A stretch of DNA of 64,000 nucleotides from Longimicrobiales bacterium (GTDB lineage Bacteria; Gemmatimonadota; Gemmatimonadetes; Longimicrobiales; Gaopeijiaceae). The DNA lies in NCBI GenBank assembly GCA_965249725.1, contig OZ252251.1, positions 448,001-512,000 of the forward strand, read 5' to 3'. The notes below the pieces were generated by a model that saw only the letters and a list, made by a program, of their open reading frames with translations, was not told where the DNA came from and made no database searches. Positions 29,288 to 38,941 of this stretch are shown piece after piece. Within the stretch, counting starts at the first letter, position 1, and every line of letters starts with the position of its first letter. A program made the translations under genes and the position numbers.

Positions 29288-30676
29288 CTAGATGGAGAAG
29301 GTGCCCGTGCTGTTACCGAACTTCTCGATGTCGTTCACCCCCAATTTGTGCAGCATGTCGAGCATGACGTTCGCCATGGGGGTGCCGATCGGCGCCTGGA
29401 TGTGCTGTCCGCCCTCCAGCTGACCGTTGGCGCCGCCCACCACGAACAGGGGACACCGGATGTGGTTGTGGAGGTTGCTGTCCGCCATGGCCGATCCGTA
29501 GACGATCATCGTCTTGTCCAGGAGATTGGCGTCTCCCTCGACGGTGTTCTTGAGCTTGTCCAGGAAGTACGGCAGCATGGACACGTGGTACGCATTGATG
29601 GCAGCAAAGTCCTTTACGCGATCCTCACGACCACCGTGGTGGGAAGCCGAGTGGAATGGAGTGCTGACGCCGCTCTCGGGGTAGACGCGGGGTGATGCGT
29701 CGCGCCCCATCTTCAGCGTGAATACACGGGTTGTGTTCGACAGGAACGCCAGCACCTGCAGGTCGAACATCAACTCCATGTGCTCGGCGAAGTCGTCCGG
29801 AACGCCGACCGGTGCTTCGGGAATCTCCCTGACCTCACCGCTCGCGTTCTGCGCTTCGATGCGTTGAATGCGCTGCTCCAGCTCACGGATGTTCTCCGTG
29901 TACTGGTCGAGACGGTGCTGGTCTGCGGGGCCCAACTCCCGGCGCAGCGCCGAGATCTCCTCGAGCATCCAGTCGAGGATGCTGCGATCGGCTTGGCGAC
30001 GCTGAGCGCGCTGCTCGGGCGTGCCCCCCGCGCCGAACAGCATCTCGAACACGGCCCGCGGATCGCGGACCATGGGGAGCGGCTCGCCCGGCGCAGCCCA
30101 ACTGATGGTGTCGGTGTACGCGCACGCGTAGCCATACGCGCATCCGCCCGCCTGGTCCACGTTCTCGATGGACAGCTGCATCGACGGGATGGGCGTGTCC
30201 TGTCCGAGGCTCTTGACGTAGAGCTGGTCCAGGGACGTCCCGATGTGAACGTCGGAGCCTTCGGTCTGCTTCGGGTGTGCCTGCGTGAGGAACACCGCCG
30301 CGGTCCGGAAGTGGTCTCCGCCGATCTCTTGGGGGGAGAACGCGTCGGCCATCCTCGAATCCGTGTCGCTGACAATGGTCAGGTAGTCGCGGAAGGGCTC
30401 GAGTGAACGCAGGCTCGTCGGCGAGAGGTCGAAGTCACGGCCCGTGGCCTTGGGCGACCAGAGGTTGAGGGACTCTCCAAGCTCGTTACAGCCGGCGGCA
30501 CCGTGCACCTGCTCGATGCACACCAAGCGCGTGCGCTCGGCCGCCACCACAGCGGGCGACGATGCCCACAACCGCCTCGCCGGGATCATCGCATCGAGAA
30601 GCGGAAGGCTGAACGACGCACCCACGCCGCGCAGGAGTTGCCGTCGTGAAATGTGCTTGCCGGTAATGAACTCCAT
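29288..30676 (-). CDS. DUF1552 family protein
   Basis: ISRRQLLRG...LPLLDAM Tat-like leader; SLDQ, YTDTISW, FHSASHH and LLDKTMIVYGS motifs. Confidence 0.85.
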   Translation of the reverse strand: MEFITGKHISRRQLLRGVGASFSLPLLDAMIPARRLWASSPAVVAAERTRLVCIEQVHGAAGCNELGESLNLWSPKATGRDFDLSPTSLRSLEPFRDYLTIVSDTDSRMADAFSPQEIGGDHFRTAAVFLTQAHPKQTEGSDVHIGTSLDQLYVKSLGQDTPIPSMQLSIENVDQAGGCAYGYACAYTDTISWAAPGEPLPMVRDPRAVFEMLFGAGGTPEQRAQRRQADRSILDWMLEEISALRRELGPADQHRLDQYTENIRELEQRIQRIEAQNASGEVREIPEAPVGVPDDFAEHMELMFDLQVLAFLSNTTRVFTLKMGRDASPRVYPESGVSTPFHSASHHGGREDRVKDFAAINAYHVSMLPYFLDKLKNTVEGDANLLDKTMIVYGSAMADSNLHNHIRCPLFVVGGANGQLEGGQHIQAPIGTPMANVMLDMLHKLGVNDIEKFGNSTGTFSI

Positions 30677-30715
30677 CGGTTCCGACCTCGTCGAGGTTGC
30701 TTGTACAGGAAGGCC

Positions 30716-33250
30716 CTACAGGCCCGCCGACGTCTCCTCATCTTCGATCCGCGTCATCTGGAAGGCCGGGCTGTTCACGACCCCCATCACGAATGAAGAG
30801 AAGCGGTAATCGTTTTCGGCGGCGGCGCGCGTGATCGCACGAACCGTCGGTAGATCGAAGTACTCGACGCGCCTGCCCAGCCCGTAGGCCATCAGGTTCT
30901 CCGTGAAGATGCGGTAGAAGACCTCGGGACGGCTCAGCAGTGCCGCTCTCAGGTCTGCGGGCCCCTGCAGGGGCGTTCCGTCATAGAGCTCGCCGATCGG
31001 GTCAATGGGGTTTCCTTCGTCCCGAATTCGCCAGGCTCCCGTTACGTCGAAGTTCTCGAGCGAGAGCCCGATGGGGTCGATGACCCTGTGACACGCCATG
31101 CAGACCGGGTTGGCGCGGTGCTGCTCCATGCGCTCGCGCACGGTCAGGAAGCGCCCGTCGATGTCCTCGTCGGTCTCTTCGAATGCGGGTACGTCGGGTG
31201 GCGGCGGTGGCGGCGGCGTCCCGAGCAGAACCTCCAACACCCACTTGCCCCGGAGGACCGGTGAGGTGCGGTTCGCGTGAGACGTCATGGCGAGAATGCT
31301 GCCGTGTCCCAGGATTCCCCGACGGCGGTCGTCGGGATAGGTGACTCTCTGGAACTCGGGTCCGGTGATGCCCGCGATGCCGTAGTGCCGGGCCAGACGC
31401 TCGTTGATGAACGTGTAGTCCGCGGTCATCAACTCGAGGACGCTTCCGTCCTCGTGGATGAGATGCGAGAAGAGCAGCTCGGTCTCACGCCGCATGGAGT
31501 GGGCGAGAGTCTCGTCGAAGTAGGGGTACGAGAGAGCGTCCGGATCGATCTTGTCGAGATCCTGGAGCCGGAGCCACTGGCCCCCGAAACGGGATGCAAG
31601 AGCGTCCTCGGCCCGTGGATCAGCGAGCATCCGGCGCGCCTGGCGCTCCACCTCACCGGGACTCGAGAGCCGGCCGCCTTCAGTCAGGTCGATGAGCTCC
31701 TGGTCGGGTGGGGCGCCCCAGAGGAAGAACGAGAGGCGCGACGCCAGGTCCACATCGCCGATGCGGTGTACCTCTCCCGGACTGGCTCCGGCGGGCCGCT
31801 CTTCCATCCGGAACAGGAAGTGCGGGCTGGCCAGCATCGCCTGAAGCGCCATGCGGATGCCGCCCTCAAATCCGCCGTCCTCGGCGCCTCTGTCATAGAA
31901 GGCCAGCAGCCCCCGGGCGTCGGTGTCGTTGAGTGGCCTTCGATAGGCCTGGGCGCCCAGGTCGGAGACGATCTGCTCGGCGCATGGCCGCGCTTCCTCG
32001 GGCGACGTCGGACGACACGTGAAGACCCGCTGACGGGTCGGCGTGTCCGACACTCCTGTAACCTCGTAGGGCCCCAGGATCGTGAGCCGCTGCAAATGCG
32101 GGATGGTCGTGACCCCGTAGCCGATCCCGATCTGTCCGTCGGCCAATGTATGCTCGATCGGCCGGATCAGGTCGTCCACTTCACCTTCGAACGTGCGCAG
32201 GAAGGCCGCGGTGACGCGCTTGGGGCCCGCCGTCACGTAGATCGAGTCCGACCGCATGTTCAAGCCGCTCGGCTCCGATTCGTGCATCCAGCGATCCACG
32301 GTCATCAACGCGACCCGTGCACCGTCGAGGGAAACCTCGATCTGGACGTTGCCGAACGTGCGCCCGAAAACCTCACCCTCCACCGCTGGATAGGGCTGAA
32401 TGTGGAAGACGTACTTTCCGTCGGCGGGGAAGTTGTGGAGCGTGGAGACGCCTCCGCGGGTGCCGAACGGGGCACCCTCTGCTCGGTCCTTCTGCGACGC
32501 GGTGCGCGGGAGCCGATAGCGGGTCGAGTTCGGCTCTGCGTCCGGATCTCCCAGAGCGATCCGGCTGATGTGATTGGCTGCCCGCAGGTACCCATCCATG
32601 ACCGTCGCGGAGGGCATCTGAACGTCCGCGATGTTGTCGAAGTTGGCACTCTTGGTATCGAGCGGCAGGAACGTGCCGACGTCGATCTCGAGTCCTAGGA
32701 GATCTCGAACCGCGGTGGAGTACTCCGCACGATTCAGACGCTGGAAGGTTCTCCACCCGGGATTGGGGTTCTCGGCCGCGGCCTCGTCGATGCGGGTCTC
32801 GAGCTCCCGGACCAGCATCATCAGGGTGTCGCCACCCGGTCTCGGCATGCCTGCCGGGGGCATCATGCCGGCGCGGAGCTTCCGAATCATGCGCTCGGCC
32901 GTCTCGGCCATCTGAGGGGCCTTCTCCACCTCGAAGCCGATCAACGACAGGTTGCCGGTGAGCATGGCGTCGTTGTGACAAGCCATGCAGTACCGTTGGA
33001 CCATCACCGTGAGTTCTTCGGGTGTGGCGTCGGGCGCGGCTTTGCCGTGCAGCGTGACGGGGAGGATCTCACCGGCGCGGACGTCCGGGAGGATGGCGGG
33101 CAGCACCTTGGCCGCGGGCACGGCGGGGCCGGACTGGGTCGCCAAAGGCCGTAGCACGGTCTCGTCACGGGAAGTCCCGGCGTCCGCTGTCTGCCCTACG
33201 AGCACCAGCAGAATTCCCAACGTTGCCAGTGCGGCACTCAATGCTCTCAT
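30716..33250 (-). CDS. DUF1587/1592/1588/1585 multi-domain protein with c-type heme motifs
   Basis: Two CMACH motifs; RLNRAEY, LASRLSFFLW, TSPVLRGKWV, DPIGLSLENFD, YGLGR. Confidence 0.88.
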   Translation of the reverse strand: MRALSAALATLGILLVLVGQTADAGTSRDETVLRPLATQSGPAVPAAKVLPAILPDVRAGEILPVTLHGKAAPDATPEELTVMVQRYCMACHNDAMLTGNLSLIGFEVEKAPQMAETAERMIRKLRAGMMPPAGMPRPGGDTLMMLVRELETRIDEAAAENPNPGWRTFQRLNRAEYSTAVRDLLGLEIDVGTFLPLDTKSANFDNIADVQMPSATVMDGYLRAANHISRIALGDPDAEPNSTRYRLPRTASQKDRAEGAPFGTRGGVSTLHNFPADGKYVFHIQPYPAVEGEVFGRTFGNVQIEVSLDGARVALMTVDRWMHESEPSGLNMRSDSIYVTAGPKRVTAAFLRTFEGEVDDLIRPIEHTLADGQIGIGYGVTTIPHLQRLTILGPYEVTGVSDTPTRQRVFTCRPTSPEEARPCAEQIVSDLGAQAYRRPLNDTDARGLLAFYDRGAEDGGFEGGIRMALQAMLASPHFLFRMEERPAGASPGEVHRIGDVDLASRLSFFLWGAPPDQELIDLTEGGRLSSPGEVERQARRMLADPRAEDALASRFGGQWLRLQDLDKIDPDALSYPYFDETLAHSMRRETELLFSHLIHEDGSVLELMTADYTFINERLARHYGIAGITGPEFQRVTYPDDRRRGILGHGSILAMTSHANRTSPVLRGKWVLEVLLGTPPPPPPPDVPAFEETDEDIDGRFLTVRERMEQHRANPVCMACHRVIDPIGLSLENFDVTGAWRIRDEGNPIDPIGELYDGTPLQGPADLRAALLSRPEVFYRIFTENLMAYGLGRRVEYFDLPTVRAITRAAAENDYRFSSFVMGVVNSPAFQMTRIEDEETSAGL

Positions 33251-33584
33251 TCTCGCCTCACGCTCTACGACTGGAGTCCCGGAAAGGACCTGCGTTCTCT
33301 AAGGTTGCCCTAAGCCGGAATTTGCTGGAAGAATAGCGCCGATTTTAGCCTTTTGGCCAGCCTGCCGTTGAGTCCTATACCTGCCCGACGTGGGATTCTA
33401 CGTGTTCTGTACCGGACTCATGTGGTGGCACTACGTGAGGGAGAACGCGCCGATCAAGGTCTAGGGGGCCGTCGACGGTCGGCAGTTGAAGGACCCCGCG
33501 ATGGCTCGTGCCACCGCGGGGTCTCCAAGCCACTTCGCCCGAACCGGTGCGGTGGCCCGCCGCACCTCGTACCGAGAGGTCCTG

Positions 33585-34010
33585 CTACATCCCGCCCCCG
33601 GAATCCGCAGGGCCGGAATACCCGCCGCCGCCGCCGTCGGCCGCAGCGGGGGCGGCACCACCCGACATCTTCCCGTAGACCACGCCCACCACCACCCATC
33701 CGACGAGGAGGAGCACTGCGCTCGCTCCGGCGGCGGCGATTCCCCGCGTGCCGTTCATCACATAGAAGACGTCCACGAGGAGAATCTGTGACAGGGCGAC
33801 GATCAGACCCGACTTGACGGGATTTTGGACGGACACGTTCACCCAGTCGTAGAAGAGGACAAGAACCACGGACAACACCGCCAACGAAGCCCAGGCCGGC
33901 ATCATGGCGTCGCCGGGCATGTCGTTGGCACTGATCGGGCCGAAGAAGTACGTGAGCCCGAGGAAGAAGATGACGTACGCTGTAACCAGCGCACCTAGGA
34001 TCGGCTTCAT
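33585..34010 (-). CDS. Small membrane protein
   Basis: Four hydrophobic segments from MKPILGALV. Confidence 0.6.
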   Translation of the reverse strand: MKPILGALVTAYVIFFLGLTYFFGPISANDMPGDAMMPAWASLAVLSVVLVLFYDWVNVSVQNPVKSGLIVALSQILLVDVFYVMNGTRGIAAAGASAVLLLVGWVVVGVVYGKMSGGAAPAAADGGGGGYSGPADSGGGM

Positions 34011-34214
34011 TCTTGCACCCATAACCATTGGCTCCCTTGTGGGGGAAGGAGGGATGGGCCATAGAAGTGAGCGGGCGAAGCTCGATTGTTAGGTACGCAT
34101 CAGGACTCGCCTGTGCAACGGTTTTCGTCGGGGCGTTAGATTCTCCATCCGATTCGGGCCACCGTCGGTTGGTCGATGTATGGACGGATCGGTTCACGAC
34201 AACGAAGGGTCGAA

Positions 34215-35823
34215 ATGGGATTGGCGAGTCGGACGTTGGTTATCGCGCTACTGTCGGTCCTCGTGTCGGGGTGTCGGACCGCAGACGAGGCAGCCGCGCG
34301 CGCGAGCGCTGTCGACGGGCCCGAGCTGGTTGTCCTTGTCGTGATCGACCAGCTCCGGACCGACATGCTGGACCACTACGAGACCCACTTCACCGGTGGT
34401 CTCAGGCGGTTGATAGACCGGGGGTATCGCTTCCCCAACGGGACCCACGACCACGCGGGTACGTATACGGCTCCGGGCCACACCTCGTTGGCCACCGGCG
34501 TGTACCCGACTCGGCACGGTATCGTCGGAAACGAGTGGTGGGAGTTGCGCTCGGGCGAGTGGCAGGAAGTCTACTTCCATGGAGGACCCCGAGGCCGCCA
34601 TCCTCGGCTACCCTGCCATGGCCGGTCGCTCTTCTGCGAACATGTACCGCGGAGGGCTCCCGGACTGGATTGCGGAGGCGAGCCCCGACGCCCGCGTGGT
34701 GTCCATCTCGCGGAAGGACCGCTCCGCCATTGGCATGGCCGGCCAGGTTGCGGGCGAGGTGTACTGGATGGACGACCCGGTGGCGGGGTTCATCACATCG
34801 ACCCACTACAAGTCCGAGTACCCTGGTTGGATAGAGCGCTTCAATGACGAGGTGATGCCGGAGATCTTCTCCGATACGGTTTGGGAGAGCCGTGTGCCTG
34901 AAGAGGCCGCGCAGCTGTCTCGTCCCGACACCTCCAACCATGAACGAGGCGGCCGACGTGGGGTCTTTCCCTATCGCCCCTCCCAGGCCGCGGTACGGGT
35001 GAACCCGGCAGCCCTGACGGTATGGCGCTCCGGCACTCCCGCGCCTGATGCGGCGGTGCTCGGTCTCGCGGAGGCAGCGATCGCTGAGTTCGACCTGGGC
35101 CAGCGGGATGTTGTGGATTACCTGGCTGTGTCGTTCTCGCAAGTCGACCGCATCGGCCATCGCTACGGTCCCTGGAGCCGCGAACAGCTGGACAACCTGC
35201 TGCACCTCGACGCCGTGCTCGCAGAGCTCTTCGAGTTGCTGGACGACGCCGTGGGCTCCGAAGGCTGGGTGGCAGGATTCTCGTCCGATCACGGCATTCT
35301 CGAAGTCCCCGAACACCTCGCTGAGACGGGCGTCGACGCTAAGCGGTTGGGGCGGGAAGAGATCACTGCCTATCAACGAGCTGTGCTCGGCGTCGTGAAT
35401 GGTGGTGCGCGGGGTGAAGCTCTCGCCCGGGCAGTCAAGGCGGCTATCGAGGAACTCCCCTTCGTCGGGGCGGCCTACACCTTAGCGGAGGTCGAGGACG
35501 CCCAGGCTCGGCCCGATTCATTCGCCGTCCTCTTCGCGCGCTCATTGTCTACGAAACGCGCCGTCAGCCTGTCTGCCCGATACGGGGTCTACCATCGTTG
35601 GAGACCCAATTACTTCGCGAGTAGCGACGTCACGACCCACGGAACGCCGTACTACTACGATCGCAGCGTCCCCATCATCTTCCTCGGAGCGGGGGTCGAA
35701 CCGGGCGTCTCGCAAGAGGCTGCGGCCACCGTGGATGTGGCGCCGACGCTCGCGCGTCTCGCCGAGATCGCTGCTCCGACCGACCTGGACGGCCGCGTGC
35801 TTCTGGAGCCGTCCACCCGCTGA
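34215..35823 (+). pseudogene. PafA-like alkaline phosphatase/nucleotide pyrophosphatase lipoprotein, split by a +1 frameshift near 34575
   Basis: N-part has lipobox VSGC, VVIDQLR and TAPGH. C-part has SRKDRSAI, DRIGHRYGP, SSDHG, THGTPYYYD. Removing one T in TACTTCCATG joins the frames; may be a sequencing error. Confidence 0.8.
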
Positions 35824-35853
35824 TCTTCCCGCTGATCTTCACGCTGATCTTCT
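35818..35853 (+). repeat. 12-bp tandem repeat x3 spanning the phosphatase stop codon
   Basis: CGCTGATCTTCC CGCTGATCTTCA CGCTGATCTTCT. Confidence 0.9.
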
Positions 35854-35898
35854 CGCGTCTGGCCTAGCACGGCGATCGACCCGTACTCTCGGGGGAAG

Positions 35899-37029
35899 AT
35901 GCCAGACCACACCCTGCTAACCGGCGCGACCGGCCTTCTGGGCCGCTACCTGCTACGGAATCTCCTGAGTCAGGGGACCCCGGTCGCCGTCGTGGTGCGC
36001 CCCGCGGCGAAGCTCTCTGCGGTCGAGCGGATCGAAGAGATCCTCGCCCTTTGGGAGTCGCAGTCGAATGCCGAGCTGCCCCGCCCGCGATGCCTTTCGG
36101 GAGACATAAGGTCGGAAGGCTTGGGACTCGATGCCGAAGACCGATCCTGGATCGCGAACAACTGCGATCGGGTGATCCACTCCGCGGCCGTGTTGAGTCT
36201 GTCAGCCTCCACGAGGGACGGTGAACCCTGGGCGACCAACCTAGACGGGACCCGTCGAGTACTCGACCTGTGCAGTAGCGCCGGTATCGGCGATCTCCAC
36301 TACGTCTCGACCGCGTATGTCAGCGGGCGCCGAGAGGGCCGCGTTCTGGAGTCCCAACTCGACGAGGGGCAGGAGTTTCGAAACGACTATGAGGCCAGCA
36401 AGCTCGAGGCGGAGCAGTTGGTCCGAGCGGCCGACCACCTCGAGAGTCCCACGGTCTATCGCCCGGCGGTCATCTCGGGCGACTCGAACACCGGGTACAC
36501 CAGCACATACCACGGACTCTACTTGTATCTGCGCCTGATGGCCCTGGTCGTACCCAGGCAGCCGATCGGTGAGGACGGCCTGAGACACACGCCGATCAGA
36601 CTGCCGATGTCGGGAGACGAGCCTCGCAACGTGGTGCCGGTGGATTGGGTAGCGGAAGTCATGACCCACCTGCTCAACACCCCTGAGGCACGCGGCGGGA
36701 CGTATCATCTCGCTCCTGAGGTTCCGTTGACACCTCGAGCGATCATCGACGCGTGCTACAAGTACTTCCACTCGACCGGTGTCCAGTACGTAGGCCAGGA
36801 CTACCGACACGACCCGTCCGACATGTCCGAATTCGAGCGCCTGCTCCTCGAGAACATCACGGTGTATGATGCCTATACCGCTACGGATCCCGTGTTCGAC
36901 AGGACGAATCTGAAGCGATTCGCGAGTCATCTGCCCTGCCCTACCATCGACGAAGCCACGCTCCATCGATACCTGACATTCGCGGAGGAAGATCGGTGGG
37001 GGCGAAAGCATCAGACGGACCCGCAGTGA
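35899..37029 (+). CDS. Extended SDR, fatty-acyl/thioester reductase-like (NAD_binding_4)
   Basis: LLTGATGLLG, HSAA, YVSTAYV, YEASK, YRPAVISG and NVVPVDWVA motifs. Confidence 0.82.
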   Translation: MPDHTLLTGATGLLGRYLLRNLLSQGTPVAVVVRPAAKLSAVERIEEILALWESQSNAELPRPRCLSGDIRSEGLGLDAEDRSWIANNCDRVIHSAAVLSLSASTRDGEPWATNLDGTRRVLDLCSSAGIGDLHYVSTAYVSGRREGRVLESQLDEGQEFRNDYEASKLEAEQLVRAADHLESPTVYRPAVISGDSNTGYTSTYHGLYLYLRLMALVVPRQPIGEDGLRHTPIRLPMSGDEPRNVVPVDWVAEVMTHLLNTPEARGGTYHLAPEVPLTPRAIIDACYKYFHSTGVQYVGQDYRHDPSDMSEFERLLLENITVYDAYTATDPVFDRTNLKRFASHLPCPTIDEATLHRYLTFAEEDRWGRKHQTDPQ

Positions 37030-37142
37030 AGAAACCGTTTGTCTACGCCTGAGTCTCCGGTCTATATTCGATTCATGCCCGTCCATTCCCACACCTAATC
37101 GGCACCAGCGATCCACTAGCTGGCCAGCACCCCGGAGACAAG

Positions 37143-38873
37143 ATGAAGAAGCGGTTGATGCTCGTAATGCGGCTTTCCATGGTACTCCTCCTTGTAGGCG
37201 GGGTCGCCTATTGTGGTGGGGGAGATGACGGCGGCCCCACGGTCGTCCAACCACCGCCACCGCCACCTCCGCCACCGCCTCCGCCTCCGCCACCCCCGCC
37301 GCCGCCGGACGTAGCTACGCCGGCCGGAGGCACGGTGACGCTCGACGATGGCGCCGTCACGGTGGAAGTGCCTGCGGGTGCAGTGACTGCCGACATCACG
37401 CTGACCGCCGCGGCGGCTACGACGGCACCGGCCAGTGACCTTGCGGTCACCGGCGGAGCGGTCGATCTGGGCCCTGAAGGGACCACCTTCGCGGCTCCGG
37501 TTACGATCAACCTCACTTATGCCGAAGCCGACCTCCCGGCTGGGGTCGACGAGAGTGAGCTCCGGATGTTCAAGTCGGTGGACGACGCGTGGGAGCTCCT
37601 CGAGACCACCTCGGTTGACGCGGCGACCAACACGGTCTCCGGGAAGACCTCGAGCTTCTCCATCTATGGAATGCTCGGCCTCGAGGTGGACGGGGTTACG
37701 GTAACGCCGGCCACAGCTGGCGTTACGGTCGGCTCGACCGTGGCGCTGACAGGGACGGCCGTAAGTGGCAGCACGGAGCTGCCGCACAGGTCGCTCACCT
37801 GGAGCACGGATGACGCGGCTGTCGCGACGGTTGACGACATGGGCGTGGTCACCGGCGTCATGGGTGGGACGGCCACGATCACCGCGACCCACACATCAGG
37901 AGAGAGCACCTTCAGCGCGACGGCCACCGTCACGGTGACCGTCCCGGTCACGACCGTAACCGTAGCGCCGGCCACGTCGGACCTCCTGGTCGACGAGACC
38001 GTGCAGCTCACGGGCACCACTCTCGGACCCGGCAACGAGGATCTGGGAAGGACCATCATGTGGTCTTCGTCCGGCGAAGCGGTGGCCACGGTGGATGCGA
38101 ACGGCCTGGTGACTGCCGTTGGCATCGGCACTGCCACGATCACCGCCACCAGCGACGGCGTGTCGGGGACGGCCACCGTCAACGTGACCGATCCGGTGAC
38201 GACGGTGACGGTCGTCGCACAGGGAGCCGCTCCTGAAGACGATTCACCTATCCTCACCGTGGCCGGGACCGTCCAGCTCGAGGCTACGGCCACCAGGGCA
38301 TCCGGCGCAGACGCCAGCGGAGACCCCACGACTTGGATGTCGAGCGACGAGGCGGTCGCCACGGTCGACGATATGGGTCTGGTGACGGCTGTAGCATCCG
38401 GTATGGCGACCATTACAGCGACCGTCGACGGTGTAGAGGGATCTGAGATGGTGACGGTGAACACCGGCATCGCCTCACTGGTCGGCAGGTATGAGGGTGC
38501 CTGGGTCGACAACACGTTCGCCACCACGGGAACGGCCTCGTTCGTCATTGCGTTGGACGCGGGTGTGCTGACGGTGATGTCGGACCTGAATGGCTTCGTC
38601 TACGGCATTCAGGACTACCCCGAGGAGACATGGACGGCGGACTTCGATCCCTCGTCGGTCACATTCAACGAAGCCTCGGCCACGTTCGGTACCCTGACCC
38701 TAACGGTCAACGCGGACGGAAGCGTCACAGCCGAGGGTCTCGGCGCGGGCGGGTTCACGAAGGTCACGTGGACCGGGACGATCGACCAAGACACGATCAA
38801 CCTGACCTGGATGCTCTATACCGGAGCTACCGCTACGGTCTTCGGGACACACATCCTCAACAAGGTACCGTGA
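37143..38873 (+). CDS. Surface lipoprotein with poly-proline linker, ZU5-like region and bacterial Ig-like (Big_2) repeats
   Basis: Lipobox-like VAYC; 19 consecutive Pro; GPEGTTFAAPV; three WxSSDxAVATVDxxGLVT repeats. Confidence 0.85.
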   Translation: MKKRLMLVMRLSMVLLLVGGVAYCGGGDDGGPTVVQPPPPPPPPPPPPPPPPPPPDVATPAGGTVTLDDGAVTVEVPAGAVTADITLTAAAATTAPASDLAVTGGAVDLGPEGTTFAAPVTINLTYAEADLPAGVDESELRMFKSVDDAWELLETTSVDAATNTVSGKTSSFSIYGMLGLEVDGVTVTPATAGVTVGSTVALTGTAVSGSTELPHRSLTWSTDDAAVATVDDMGVVTGVMGGTATITATHTSGESTFSATATVTVTVPVTTVTVAPATSDLLVDETVQLTGTTLGPGNEDLGRTIMWSSSGEAVATVDANGLVTAVGIGTATITATSDGVSGTATVNVTDPVTTVTVVAQGAAPEDDSPILTVAGTVQLEATATRASGADASGDPTTWMSSDEAVATVDDMGLVTAVASGMATITATVDGVEGSEMVTVNTGIASLVGRYEGAWVDNTFATTGTASFVIALDAGVLTVMSDLNGFVYGIQDYPEETWTADFDPSSVTFNEASATFGTLTLTVNADGSVTAEGLGAGGFTKVTWTGTIDQDTINLTWMLYTGATATVFGTHILNKVP

Positions 38874-38902
38874 TACTCTGAGGATCCTCGGAGGGAAGAA
38901 CG

Positions 38903-38940
38903 GCCCCGTTCGGCATTGCCGGACGGGGCTTCTTCTTGTT
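38903..38940 (+). terminator. Intrinsic terminator between convergent genes
   Basis: GCCCCGTTCGGCA/TGCCGGACGGGGC hairpin followed by TTCTTCTTGTT. Confidence 0.65.
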
Positions 38941-38941
38941 G

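Noticed and set aside
4578..32698. Many long antisense or alternate-frame ORFs (e.g. 4578-5819, 12945-14198, 27501-28427, 31277-32698)
   Set aside because: Arg/Pro/Gly-rich shadows of real genes expected at high GC, with no motifs, unlike the nested methyltransferase frame.
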